NCBI RefSeq assembly: GCF_001194135.2
Contig: NC_068981.1
Location: 42,054,654-42,118,653 of the forward strand
DNA from: Octopus bimaculoides
Taxonomy: Eukaryota
Direction: 5' to 3'
Length of the DNA: 64,000 bases
Shown here in pieces: positions 1 to 12,851 of the stretch (positions within the stretch are counted from its first letter, which is position 1; each line of letters opens with the position of its first letter). The translations under genes were made by a program, and so were the position numbers. Below the pieces are notes generated by a model that was given only the letters and a program-made list of their open reading frames with translations, was not told the origin of the DNA and made no database searches.

Positions 1-1525
1 AACCTTCCAATAAAACAAACATTACTACGTTGCTTGTTTGAAGGATACTTAGGTATCATTTTTACACCGTCAGAGACTTTCTTTCGCGGCAAATCAATAT
101 TCTGATGCAATCTGACTTCCTTGAGTTAAAATTCGTGTAACAACAATTATTCATTCTATAACAAACACATATTGTTCAATGAGGTTTCACTTAATTTGCA
201 ATGAAACCCAAATACGTCATCACTTATGTTACGGAATTATTTTCATCAAAACGTCTTCTGAAAATCGGTTATTTTTGTTTTTCAATGACGCTTTCAATTA
301 TAGTTACCTTAACGTAGAGATCATTCAGCTTTTCATATTTTTTTATGCCCGATCAATAGTGAGGATGAAGGCTGTACTTTTATAAACTGCAACCACATCT
401 TTACAAGTGAGGCATGCATAGATAAACATACACCTATATAAAATTTCTATTTAACTTAATTAAATTATCTTTCCATTTTTCATCGAAGAAAGAAATATCG
501 TCAGCAATTGCCTTTTCTTTTATTGGTACGAGCTGTTGAAGAAGGGAATACTTTAACACGTTTTACAATATTGAATTTAAATATTTAATAGAAAAATGCT
601 CAAACACAAATGAACCACAAAATACAAATGCTAATTATCTGTTATGAATTTCTGACTATTAAACCATAAATTCGTATGCAGTTCGACTGATAATTAATGT
701 CACAAGACAAGTATGGCGGTTAACAATTTTTTATGCCTTAAGTAGTGTTAGTAGTGGTAGCGTTTTCGTCTTATAGTTATAACTATGTTTTTTTTTATAT
801 GGATATTTGGATAGCTTTGTTAGTAGGCAATTTCAAATGTGAATGCGGGCGCAGGGTGCCTCATTCTTGGTTTTTAGAGAGGAAGGTCGGTAATCATTAC
901 TTTTGCCATTGATTTTGAAACTGATTGAAGAAAGAGAAGAAACTACGACTCCTGTTGCACTAGGATGTAGAAATCATAATATCAATTTATCCTCTAACCA
1001 GAAACTAAACTTGCTCTTCTTTAAGTAACAGTTAATTCAATTTTATTTATTGTGGTCCAAGAGCGAGTATTAAATTTCCGCCTAAGTTGCAAAAATAAAC
1101 TTAAGATATATTTAAATTTCGTTTTTCTAAAAATATTTCATTTCCTTTTAGTGATTGTTAAACTAAGATTGAACGGTAAATAATATGGCTTACATTTTCA
1201 AAGTGCTGTGTAAATATACAAAGCAAAGTAAAGAGTGAAATAATTACAGGCTTTGGATTATACCAGTTTACACGTATTGCACTTATTGCTGCGCAGTTAA
1301 TCTAAAAATCGATTTTGATTCTTATACTTGAATGTTGTTATAGGCTTTTATATTGTCTTTTGATGTTATACCGAGATCGAAATCCCATTGTGAAATCGTT
1401 TTCTCGTTATTCTGTCAATGAAAGTGGTACCTTCCGATATTCATCAATCGATTAATTCCCTTAGGTCATTTTTAAGAAACGCAATTCTTACTGTCTTTAG
1501 ACTAAATTATTGAATTTTCTTTTAG

Positions 1526-1737
1526 GTTTGACTTAATTTCACTAGTGAGTATGACTATAGCAAAGCAACAATTATAATTCTGTTTCCTTATTTCAAACCC
1601 TGTTGAAGTCCATTTTGCATCTCCTCTCTCTGTTCTACGAGACTTTATTTATGACATACATTGCAGTCGATTAAAATTTCCCATTTTGTTAAGGACAAAA
1701 TATTAAAGAAAATAAATATTAAGAAAATGCAACAATT
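1526..1737 (+). CDS. Two speculative micro-exons (1526-1544 and 1667-1737)
   Basis: ttttcttttag|19 nt|gtgagt and cattgcag|71 nt|gtaagt. One frame is open in each (FDLISL; SIKISHFVKDKILKKINIKKMQQ) and the phases are compatible. No homology recognised; such signals occur by chance in AT-rich DNA. Confidence 0.12.
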
Positions 1738-2850
1738 GTAAGTAACATATTTGTGAGGTAGTTTAATCAGGTTTTCCACCATTAGCGTGAGTTTTCCTTT
1801 CATGTTTAGGGAGGAATTTCTTGAAATTATCTCCCCTTTCCGTTGAGAGTCGCTAACATTTGCTATTTTTTGTCTTCCTGCAATGAAAAGAGACGTTTCA
1901 ATTAATTCAGATGAACTTTTGAGCACGCCAAACATCGATGTAGATAAACATATTAATTAATTATTTGTATTTGCACGTCTTTGTGTGTGTGTGAGTGTGT
2001 GAGTGTGTGTGTGTGAGTGTGTGAGTGCGCGCGCGCGTATGTATGTGTGGTTTTGAACATGTGCGTGCGTGTATTGAAAACGGAGGCTATATTCCCTCGC
2101 TCCTTTTAGTTTCCTGTATCTGTCACTCAGAATAACGATGCCATGAGGTCTCAGCTTCCATTTGATGTATACTATTACATGTATATGTACTTTCTTCTCT
2201 TACGTGTGTATATACACACATATAGCTATGAAGCGAGACAGGGTAATAGAACTCTAATTTCCAAAAGATAACATAAATATGAAATGATGTTATAATAATT
2301 TTTCCATCTTGTATCTCTCCGAATATGTAGTAACAATACAGGCGTGTACAATTACTTAAATATTTTGGGTAACGTTTCAGTTTTTGACTATTCCAGAAAA
2401 ATATACAGAAAGAAAAATAAAGCACAAGAAAAATAAACCACGTTTCTAGAATTTTTTCCCATTGTAATAATAAGCAAATGTAGTAAACATAAAAGGTAAA
2501 ATTGTTGCTGTTTCATCTGTCTTTTTTTTGGTTTATTATTCAACTTACAGACACCATCTTAATGTCATTGCAACCGTTTTTGAAGTTTGACATTTTCAGT
2601 ACTACTGTTTCCAATTAACTATAATATCGTAATAATTGTATTCGTTTTCTCTATTCTCTGTATTCTGTTTGTCCACACATGGAACATTTTAGACAGAAAA
2701 TTGTACTTCTGTGGCTAGATACGAGACTCAACAAACAAAAAGATAAGGGAGTGGGAGCATAAAATAGACTGCTAAAGGCTGAGATTAAGGGATTAACCAC
2801 TTTTTTTTACAACAAGACTAGCTTTACCACCAATATTATTCTTGATACTA

Positions 2851-3070
2851 AGGCGGCAAGCTAGTAGAGTTGTTAGCACGGCAGGCAAAATGTTTAGCGG
2901 CATTTCGTCCGTCATTACTTTCTGAGTTCAAATTCCACCGAGGTCGACTTTGCTTTTCATCCTTTCGGGGACGATAAAATAAGTAACAGTTGATCACTGG
3001 GATCGATGTAATCGACTTAGTCTCCTCCTCCTCGAACTTCTGGCCTTATTCCAAAATTCGAACCTAAAAT
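2851..3070 (+). mobile_element. tRNA-derived SINE, family B (~210 bp, ggcggcgagctggcagaatcgttagc-type head)
   Basis: Aligns by eye with the copies at 12442, 19330 and 62313. B-box-like gagttcaaattcc and core cctttcgggg(a)cgataaaataagta are present. Confidence 0.9.
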
Positions 3071-3079
3071 TGTCGCTAA

Positions 3080-3360
3080 GACTATGACAACCACAATCAA
3101 CGTCACTACTACCACAATCACCACTACCACTACTCCACAGTATCACCACCACCATCACCACTAATATTACTATCATCACTACTATCATTGCAATTCTCCT
3201 ACATCTCAACCGTTATCGACAGTCAGAATATCCTTCTCACCAAAACAACCACTACCGCCACTACAGCCGTCTCAATCCTCATTACAATACAATCACCACT
3301 CCTGAGACCATCCACCACCACAATAACTTCACTGCTATCATTATCATCATGAAGAATCAG
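3080..3360. repeat. Degenerate (CCA/CTA/CAA)n low-complexity tract
   Basis: Trinucleotide-periodic sequence that generates the Val/Ser-rich ORF 2994..3209. Confidence 0.85.
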
Positions 3361-3369
3361 TTGATAAAT

Positions 3370-4060
3370 TTATGAAAGTGTCAAAATGGTCGCACGAACA
3401 AATTACATATTATGGTCGGAGAAATACTATTGTCACGGCTAGAATGTCAACAACAATATGGATCAGTTCAACCTACTCGGGAACTTTTATATGGTCCCTC
3501 GACTCACTACAAAAAGCAATTAAATGTCCTTTAAATTATGGTCTACAGTCTTGAAAGGGGAGGAACACATTCGATAATATAATCCCAAATATTATACAAT
3601 GTCCGACGGATGGAAAGCAAGATCATGTATAGAATGTTTTTCATTATGGATATAATCAATCAGGGTAGACCTGGGGTTAAATAACATTAGTCAGTAAAAG
3701 TTACACTTATACCACTGTAAATGTAATTTTGTTCTTGTTTGATGAACTCCCTGACCTTTTAGAGAATTCGTTTCCACATTACGAATTACCGAATCACTAA
3801 AAATTATTGTGATAATACCCTTCAGTAGAACTTCATCTTGGTTCATTACAGTTATTGTCATGTTTGACACCGCAAATCCACTTTTTGTGTCAGTGTTGTC
3901 TGGTGTCACATCCTCTATGTTATTAGCAGAAATTATATCTATATCCGACGCCCTCCCTAGCATTGAAAACTTAGTCTTCAACACATGCAAACCCGTTTAT
4001 CCTAATACGAATCTATTCACACAGCAGAGGATAATTTCAATTGCTTGTATTGTTGTTGGT
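3370..4060 (-). mobile_element. Degraded RTE-like LINE reverse transcriptase fragment
   Basis: ORF 3691..3990 (RASDIDIISANNIED...KSGFAVSNMTITVMN...IIFSDSVIRNVET) follows the pattern of LINE RT YADDIAxxxxxIE...GLxINxxKTKVM...IxIDGxxIExVE. The downstream ...TLYNIW... segment resembles the following region. Stops and frameshifts are present. Confidence 0.55.
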
Positions 4061-4190
4061 TAGCCTCTGCCTAATACTGATAAAACAGTCCAATGATCAA
4101 ATTTTTTCAGGCAGAGCATATTAATGTTCTATAAATTACTAAAAAAAAAAATTAAAAAAAGGGTGTAATGTAAGCGAGATTTGATTGCAG

Positions 4191-4236
4191 GTTGAATGAA
4201 CATTCAGAATTTATCCCATTGGTTCGTAGCTCTCTC
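4191..4236 (+). CDS. Speculative 46-nt exon (LNEHSEFIPLVRSSL)
   Basis: ttgattgcag|...|gtaagt with only one open frame. No homology recognised. Confidence 0.18.
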
Positions 4237-4464
4237 GTAAGTTGGTTGTGAAGGTCGCTGTTGAAGTTGGTGGTGGGGATTATGTGATTTTGTTGCTGAA
4301 CAGAAAGATGAATGTAGCAATAGTCGATTTAACACAGTTAAAATCGCATTTCGGAATAGAGGTTGAGCAGTCAACTGTTCAGTCTGTGTGTATGTATATC
4401 TTTTATATTTTACTTGTTTCTGTCATTGAACTGTGGCTGTGCTGGTGCATCACCTTGGAGGGCA

Positions 4465-4782
4465 TAATAGAACAAACTGACCCCAGCATTTATTTTTTTT
4501 AGTCTGGTACTTATTCTATCGGTCTCTTGCCAAACTGCAAATTTGTCGGGATATAACCAAACCAATACCGGTTGTCAAGCGGTAGTGAGAAGCAATCATA
4601 ACACAAACACAAATACACACACACACACACACACACACNNNNNNNNNNNNNNNNNNNNNNNNNNNNNNNNNNNNNNNNNNNNNNNNNNNNNNNNNNNNNN
4701 NNNNNNNNNNNNNNNNNNNNNNNNNNNNNNNNNNNNNNNNNNNNNNNNNNNNNNNNNNNNNNNNNNNNNNNNNNNNNNNNNN

Positions 4783-4817
<35 letters not shown>

Positions 4818-5005
4818 TCTCCCTCTCTCGTCTCTCACATACATGCACAAACATGTACATACAATGCGTTTTTCAGAATTTCAGAGTTTCCGTTTACCAG
4901 ATTTAATCATAAGGCGTTGGATGACCCGGGGCTATAAATGCAGACACTTGCCGAAGGTTCTGTGTAATTGGTCAGAACCAGAAACTACGTGGTTGCAAAA
5001 TGAGC
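4465..5005 (-). mobile_element. SINE family A (long, with internal microsatellite), diverged copy
   Basis: Reverse complement of the family A head (gacacttgccgaagg..., gtttccgtttaccagat) and 3' half (ttattctatcggtctcttg, ggttgtcaagc). The internal (CA)n/N/(CT)n tract sits at the usual position. Confidence 0.8.
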
Positions 5006-6444
5006 TTCAATGCTCCTGGATTTCGCATTCCTTATAAATATCTGAAAAATCAATCCTTCGTTTAATGTTTGCTTATATATCTAATGTTAACAAAACACTT
5101 GTTACAATTAATAAATAACGATTATAAATGAATAATGACTACTGGAATTTATATAGTGTAACGTACAGAATCTGATACCCCTACTCCTGCTTCTAGTAAT
5201 ATGTTGGTAAGTAATAAGCAAAGTACCAATAGAAGTTTAGAGCAAACAAACAAATGTATACACTTCAGTCATGCTCTGTTTTCATTTTGAGTGGACACTG
5301 ACGAGAATGCATCTTTAAAACGCATTTTACATGCATAATGGTATTTACTAACAACTAGTATTTATTTCTAAATTTTATCAAAATCTAACTAAACTGTATT
5401 CATTCTGAAAATCTATGTAATAGTTTGTTTCTATTTAACTTTCAATTCACTCTTAAGCCAAGTTTTATATAAAAAAAATAGAAAACCCATTAGTATTTGA
5501 CTTATTTATGTATAATGTCGCAGATCAGACAGCTCCGGATCAGTACTTTCTTTCACAGAATATCATAATTGATTTTCTCTGTTTAACAGAGAGTAAGCAT
5601 ATATTAGTATGTCGAATTATTCTCATAAACAACTAGAGAACTCTCAACGAAGCAATAACATTAAAATAGTACATGTTTAGCTTAATAACTTCTGCCTGAG
5701 CCACATGGTTCATTCGATCAGAAACATTGAAAATTTAACGCTCTGTCGTTTCTATAATAATTTCTAAAAGGAAACAAATGATTTACTGGGAAAGTTCTAG
5801 ATTAACTTAGTGGATATTAATTTGATAAGATTATCTTTGACATAAAATTCGAAACAAAAAATAATCGATATAATTCAGATATATACATATTTTCGATTTT
5901 ATATCATAAAATTTGACAGTATATTCTTGGTTTTCTCAATATTGACACATGTAGACGCCCGTAGTAGACATGCAGGAAAAACCAAGCAGCTTTAAGACCC
6001 AAACTGAATTTAAACTTGCAGTGAATACTTTCACTACACATCATTCTGGCAATGTTTAATAATCCAGAAATATATTTTCATTGCCCTTTACATCTTTGCT
6101 ACCAGTCAAGTACTGTGGTCGATTTAATATTTCTATAAAGCATCTTAAATGTTAATGGAATTATAATAGAAGACAAAAGCTAAGACTACTTTAACAAATA
6201 CTTTCATGCGAATAAATTTTTATGCAGTTTTTATCCTTTAGATTATATAATGAAGGTTCTATTTAACATCTTAAGAATGTAAGAAAATGTACCAGCGACT
6301 TCACAGACAAAACTAAATTTCTTAAAACAAAGATTTCTGTAATTCAGGAATATTATTTCTGAATCTATTCTCACGTCATATGTAACTAATAATGTATATT
6401 CTAATATAGTTAAACTATCATTCACATGTGAACTTCAAAAAACC

Positions 6445-6598
6445 AGTGGCTGAGTGGTAAATAGCTTACTTCCCGACCATATGGTTCCGGGTTCATTCCC
6501 ACAGTGTGGCACTTTGGGCAAGTGTCTTCTACTGTAGTCTCGGGCCAACCAAAGCCTTGTGAGTGGATTTGGTAGACGGAAACTGAAAGAAGCTCGTC

Positions 6599-6645
<47 letters not shown>

Positions 6646-6860
6646 TGTGTTTGTGTGTCTATGTTTGTTCCTCCACCATTGCATGACAACCGATGTTGGT
6701 GTGCTTACATCCTCGTAACTTAGCGGTTCGGCAAAAGATTCCGATAGAATAAGCACTAGGTTTACAAAGAATAAGTTATGGGGTCAATTTGTTCGACTAA
6801 AGGCGGTGCTCCAGCATGGCTACAGTCAAATGACTGAAGAAAGTAAAAGAATAAAAGAAT
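6445..6860 (+). mobile_element. SINE family A, near full length
   Basis: Pol III A/B-box-like head (tggctgagtgg...ggttcattccc), then ttgggcaagtgtcttctac, internal (TA)n, and 3' end ggcggtgctccagcatgg...gtaaaagaataaaagaat. Matches the copies at 52202 and 61843. Confidence 0.93.
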
Positions 6861-7688
6861 GTATTCATCTTTGTTGCGCTGAGCATAGATGTATACGAAC
6901 AGATTTTGAGCGCTAGTAGTTATTACCTAAAGTATTTAAGAAATGAAAGATAATTATCTTCTGCATAAATACCCAGTAGCAAGATTAATTAAGACACATA
7001 AGATCAAATGTCCTTCTCAGAAACATAACATAAGGCAATATTAACCTTGAAAACAGATGTTGTTGGTCTAAAGTTTTAATAAGTCCGCCACTTCGCCTCT
7101 GTAGTCAAGCTTAAAGTATTTTTTAAATCATTAACTAATCGTATCTTTATATAGTATATAATGACATATTCAATATCGACGACACAGAATCAAGGATATT
7201 CGGGTCATCGTTTCGACATGGCCATCCATTATTGAGGATTATACTGAAGTGTTCATAAATCAAAATGTATTATGGCAGCCAAATTTAACATTACAAATTA
7301 GTTGATAAGAAGTGATAAATCTGATTTTAATTTGTGAATACTCTCCCTTTAGTGAAAAATAAGTTTTGCTGTATTGCAGCGTTCTCAAATTTACTTTTGT
7401 TAATTACATACTCATTCTGTTTGCAGTGACTTTTTTTATTAAAAATTTATTCAGATTTTTACGCAAGGACTTGTTTGCCATAAAGAAAAGGTAGTCATAA
7501 CCTTCTATTAGAATCCATTGCTATTTAACATGCTTTAAAAGCATATTAAATTGTCTCTTAGTACTTGATTTTTAGAGAAGAGGAGGCATGGAAAATATTA
7601 TCAAATTAACGTGTAGCATCTTTTGTATCGGTGGTTTTCTTTTGTGGTAAAAGAGTTACATGAATTATAATCCTTGAATAGGGCACGA

Positions 7689-7972
7689 GCTGTTATTGTT
7701 TAGTCCCATATTAGCTCTACTCAAATAGGCCTATGATCAAAGGGATTCGAAATTGTCAATAGATTTATACATGTCAGCATTTGAGCTGTTGATACCTGAG
7801 AAAAAAATCATAAAATAATTAGGATGAATTAAAAAAGAAATTTTAATATTAAATATAGCTGGAATACTTTCTCCACGTTGTTATTATTTAGCTTGAGGCC
7901 AACCTTAGCCGAGCACACCAATGATCAAAGCGTTCCAGCCATGACAATTTCATCTTATTTTCAGGTATAGTA
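7689..7972 (+). mobile_element. Two fragments of dispersed repeat family C (7689-7790, 7877-7972)
   Basis: Shared motif tgtt(a)ttgtttag...ctatgatcaaag...ttccagccatgac, which recurs at 11590, 12310, 12852, 44410 (reverse) and 60800. Confidence 0.6.
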
Positions 7973-8089
7973 CCTCTATCAGCGCCTTATACAATTTACT
8001 TAATTTTTTTAAATAGTAGGGCGTGACTTCTGAGTATCTATAGCAAATGCCATAGCTTTTTAAAATTTAAAGTAGAAAAAAAAACATCT

Positions 8090-8505
8090 TTAACCAAAAG
8101 ATCCCATCCTCTTCGTCCTGGTGTACGTTCTACTTGCCTTCTCTTGGGATGCACGTTTTTATATGGGTTTTCCTTCTCTGTTTCCTCTTTGCACGGTCGA
8201 AGCAGTTTTCTGCTGCCTCTTTTCAATTCCCACGTCTTCTTCATAGTTACATGATGATGGACTGACACTTTGAGAGTGGCGGTCTTGGATTTTTGGTTGT
8301 ATTCTTTCTGTTGCCAAGGATAAAACAAGGATGACGGCTGTTGAAATAGGAATATATTTCCACGGCCGTTCTCTAATTCCCAGACAATAAGTTTGTCCTT
8401 TTCCTTAATAACACGTCAACTTCAGTGAAATCTTGAATCATGAGATTATCTCCCCTTCTCAAAAGGAACTGGTTGAATTGCCATTTGGTAATTATGGCAC
8501 GTCCT
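8090..8505 (-). mobile_element. Degraded RTE-like LINE 3' fragment
   Basis: Across frames: TAVILVLSLATE (cf. xVxxILLYAxETW), LKVSVHHHVT/EEDVG (cf. ILKISWxDHVTNEEV) and HPKRRQVERTPGRRGWD (cf. PxGKRxRGRPxxRWxD). Confidence 0.55.
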
Positions 8506-8555
8506 GTAGAGGCAGAGATAATCAAGAATTTATGTTGTATGATAATTGTTAAACC

Positions 8556-8557
<2 letters not shown>

Positions 8558-8627
<70 letters not shown>
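8558..8627. repeat. (TATC)n microsatellite
   Basis: Direct reading of the sequence. Confidence 0.97.
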
Positions 8628-9314
8628 CTGCCATATACTGGCGAATGCACGGGTTTACAAACTCTGTACATAAAACTTATATTCTATTAGAAGTTGCGAA
8701 TTTCAATCTATTATTCAAGCGAATGGAGTAGGAACCAGCATGAAAACATAGATTCAAAACAATGCCAAAACCCACTGAATGGTGTCGAGATTTAACTTGT
8801 TGCTGAAACAGGTGAAAAAGTATGCCTCACATTCTTTCAATGCATATATTCAATTGTAAGACGGAGAGTATTTGGAATTTTCATCTAGGCACATGCAAAA
8901 CACATGTTAAATTTATGTCCTCAGTATCATACATGTAAACGCACGAAATTAAGATGGTTATTCCTTTTAATGAAATTTTAATGGTGTTGCTTTTTTTTTT
9001 TCATAATATTAAATTTTGAAGAGGAAGTAATAAGCAGCATTACCAGGAATATAGCACAAGCGATTCGTGACGCATCAGTTATATGCATACGAACATAAAC
9101 ACGTACGCATACGCCACCACCACACCCTTTCCACACACTTAAGGGCTCGCCCACAAACCTACATATACATGTATATATGAATAATATATATGTACGTATA
9201 TATACATATATGCATAATTTATAAGTCTCTATATATTTATATGTATAATTTACATGTATCTATTTATATATACTTGTGTGTGTGTATATATATATATATG
9301 TATATATATATATG

Positions 9315-9346
<32 letters not shown>

Positions 9347-9579
9347 TNNNNNNNNNNNNNNNNNNNNNNNNNNNNNNNNNNNNNNNNNNNNNNNNNNNNN
9401 NNNNNNNNNNNNNNNNNNNNNNNNNNNNNNNNNNNNNNNNNNNNNNNNNNNNNNNNNNNNNNNNNNNNNNNNNNNNNNNNNNNNNNNNNNNNNNNNNNNN
9501 NNNNNNNNNNNNNNNNNNNNNNNNNNNNNNNNNNNNNNNNNNNNNNNNNNNNNNNNNNNNNNNNNTATATATATATATG

Positions 9580-9612
<33 letters not shown>

Positions 9613-10448
9613 GTGTGTGTAGGGGTAATATGCATACATGCACACACTCATACACAAAGCACACACACACACACACATTCATTTATTTATTTTTATACAT
9701 GGAGAGTGACGATAGAGAGATAGATAGATAAGCAGATAGATAAATAGAGAGACAGATAGACAGATTGTTAGACAGATAGATAGGTAGACAGATAAATAGA
9801 GTGACTGAACTAGAGACATATAAAAGAATTCTCTGAAAATAGTCATTGAATTAGTTTTCGGAAAATAGTAACAAACAGACAGCATTCCAGCAAGACACAT
9901 TCGTATGACCACACACATTTCTATACATAACACCCCTCTGTTGCACACATATAAATAACATTAACTATACAATTTCAAAAACACGTAACATCCAACATCC
10001 CTACATACAATAATACATACAGTGACGCACATTCAATCGTCAGTTGATTCGTTCAAAGATTATTATTGAATTGACGCTAATCATTTCATTTCCTCATATA
10101 TGTATTCAATAGATTTGTCCATTATTGTAAATAACAATATTACATCGAGTTGTAACAGAAAGTGTTAAGATGTTCTTTATAATCCTTTTTAATAACATTC
10201 TAATTATAATTCTATCATTACGAATATTATCATCCCCCATCTCTTTACTACTATGGAAATCATTATAATAATATAAAGGAAGAAATTCTTATTCCAGTAT
10301 TAATATCATTATTATTTTTATTGCATACTTCCACTGTGCAATCGTGCACAGCTTTGTGCGTCTTGACGTGTTTTGTCTTGATGCTGTGTTTTTCAAATCC
10401 TATTGAAAGAGAGTATTGTACATAGAATGCGTAGAATTTCATAGCAGT

Positions 10449-10482
10449 TTTATTATTATTATTATTATTATTGTTGTTGTTG

Positions 10483-10540
<58 letters not shown>

Positions 10541-10560
10541 CATTATTATTATTATTATTT
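10449..10560. repeat. (ATT)n/(GTT)n microsatellite
   Basis: Direct reading of the sequence. Confidence 0.97.
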
Positions 10561-11020
10561 AAACTCGCGACGTATTAAACACTATTATTGAATTAGCTTG
10601 AACTTCTATTTGTTTTCATTCCACATTTTGTACAATTATTTCTCTATTGTTCATCTTAATATTTGTACATTTAACTTTGTGTGTTCATTTGCCTTTTGTG
10701 TATTGAACCTTTGTTCATTTAACATTAGTGTATTTACCTTTTGTGCAAAATTAATGTTTATAATGCAACAGTGTTGTTGTAGTTGTCGTTATTGTCACCT
10801 CTTTTGTTGTTGTTGATCTCTAACACTGTTGTGGTGTGTGTTATTACTCTTCATGTAATTGCTATCGTTTTTGTAACTGTTGCTGTTGCTATGCATTATT
10901 CCTTGCTGCTTTTAATCGTAAAATGTACCTCGTTATTCTACCGAAGGAGCTTCTAGGGGAATTTGGGCACTTATCAAATACATCCCACTGTTCTATTAAA
11001 AGAAGGGTCATAGTGAAACA

Positions 11021-11168
11021 CCTGATAAATAAAAAGAGAAAAGAAAAAATATATAACAGGTACGTTAAGTGATGCATAATTTAAACATGAATGAAATGTA
11101 AAGTTAATGTCATATTTCAGAGGCATGGTATATATTATGCCTGATAAATAAAAAGAGAAAAGAAAAAA
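11021..11168. repeat. 91-bp insert (11050-11140, identical to 14128-14218) between 29-bp direct repeats (11021-11049, 11140-11168)
   Basis: cctgataaataaaaagagaaaagaaaaaa lies on both sides. The insert tatataacaggtacgtt...gtatatattatgc is base-identical to the copy 3,078 bp downstream. Confidence 0.9.
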
Positions 11169-11218
11169 GAAAGAGTAAAAGAAGCTGAGTGCTGGTACAA
11201 CTTATCAAAAGTCTAATC

Positions 11219-11470
11219 CAGTGGTCTTTTAAAATTTTTGTTTGTGGATCTATTCGATTCCTATTTTACTCAGGTGGCCCCTTATAACAATTCAATGTTT
11301 TTAAAAATCTTATATTCTTATAATTGAATATTATTAGAAATTGTATAAAAATTTAAAAAAAAATATTTTGCATATTGTAGAAATATAACCAATTTATTGC
11401 ACATAAATTTTAACAACAAATCTTATATGGCTCTCCAAGAATCATTAAGACCCCCACTTGAAATCCACTG
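11219..11470. mobile_element. Non-autonomous hAT (Charlie-like) MITE, 252 bp
   Basis: Imperfect TIRs cagtggtcttttaa / ttgaaatccactg. The 8-bp flanks gtcTAatc and gttTAgtt have the central TA typical of Charlie-type target site duplications (TSDs). The interior is AT-rich and non-coding. Confidence 0.7.
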
Positions 11471-11827
11471 GTTTAGTTGATCAGCGCTGACTCGGACTAA
11501 AATACAAGCATACGGAGCTGTACTGTTTCTTATGCTATCCTCTTTGCAACTGTTATTACAGGCGTAGAAGCTATTATTCTTGCTGTAGTGAATTGCTGTC
11601 ATTGCACCCTAGATCAGCTCAGCTCTCATTGAACAGATTCTAGTCATGAATGTCTCGTATAATTTTTAGACTAAGCATATCTAAAATTCTTATATTCAAT
11701 GTCCCCTTCCTTTCTTTGATAAGTTAGAATTGATTTAAAACCTATTAGGTTTCTATTTTTGTAAATCTAGTAACTATCTAGAGTATCGTTTACTCGTATT
11801 TAATATTCTTATAAAGTTATTGTTACA

Positions 11828-12250
11828 GTTGGCAGAGTGCGCGGTGCATTGACTGAATTGTTACTGTGTTGGACAAAATATCTTACGACATTAGTTCTGA
11901 CTCTTTATCTTTTGAGTTCTTACCCACCGAGGCCTGTTTTGCATTTCGCCCTTTCTGAGTCTATAAAATGAAGTGCGTCAACTACTGGAGCCAATGGTAT
12001 CGATTTAACTCCCTTTCATTGAAATTCATTTTTGTGAGGATGGTGGATTGGCAGAATCGTTGAAACTTTGGACAAAATACCTTTGAGCATTTGACTACCT
12101 ACACTCTGATTTCAGAGCCGACCGAAGCCAACTTTGTCTTTCATCTCTTCAGGACCGATAGAGTAAATTACTATTTAACTGCTGGTGCCAATGTTATCAA
12201 TTAATTCCTCTCCACTAATTTTTCAGGTCTTATACATATGTTAGAAAAAT
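11828..12250 (+). mobile_element. Two tandem, old family B-like SINE copies
   Basis: ttggcaga(g/a)t...ttggacaaaata...ctgagttc/ctgatttc...ccga(g/a)gc...tttca...gata/tata...actgg(a/t)gccaatg(g/t)tatc occurs twice, at about 11830-12030 and 12040-12250. Confidence 0.65.
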
Positions 12251-12441
12251 TATTGTTATCAGAGTCGGTAGAGCGTCAGTTGCACAAAAAGGTTGAGACA
12301 TTATCATGTTAGTTTGTTGCTCCATCTCAGCTCTCATTTAGCAAACCTCTGATCAAAAGCGTATCAGCTACAAGTATTCAGTAATGATACATATTAAGCA
12401 CACGCTGAGTATATATTTAACAGAAAACCATAATAATATTA

Positions 12442-12653
12442 TTTTCTATTCTAGGTACAACGCCCGAAATTTTTGAGAAGGGGGGCAGTCGATTAGATCG
12501 ACGTCAGTACGCAACTGGTACTTAATTTATCGACCCAGAAAGGATGAAAGGCAGAGTCGACCTCGGCGGAATTTGAAATCAGAACGTAAAGACGGGTGAA
12601 ATACTGTTAAGCATTTCACTCGGCGTGCTAACGATTTCGCCAGTTCGCCGCCT
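12442..12653 (-). mobile_element. SINE family B with degenerate ~20-bp TSD
   Basis: Full-length reverse copy. Flanks agaaaaccataataatatta (12422-12441) and agacaaaccatattaatatta (12655-12675). Confidence 0.93.
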
Positions 12654-12851
12654 TAGACAAACCATATTAATATTATAACATTTATTGACATAATGAACTA
12701 TTCAGACACATGAGCACTAAGGAAGACATGATCCGATTGTGGGATAATATAAGTACCAATCAAATATATATTCGTTATTTCTTGTCGATGTAAGGAATCA
12801 ATATTGCAGTAACGCTTGTTGTTAACAATATTTTTCAGGTTACCGTTATTT

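Noticed and set aside
799-912. Short ORF containing GNFKCECG, EGF-like in appearance
   Set aside because: Only two cysteines of the motif are present, there is no full EGF pattern, and the ORF is under 40 codons.
1645-1935. 96-aa minus ORF with a strong internal acceptor (tctcttttcattgcag)
   Set aside because: There is no good donor, the C-terminal part is low-complexity intron-like sequence, and no homology is recognised.
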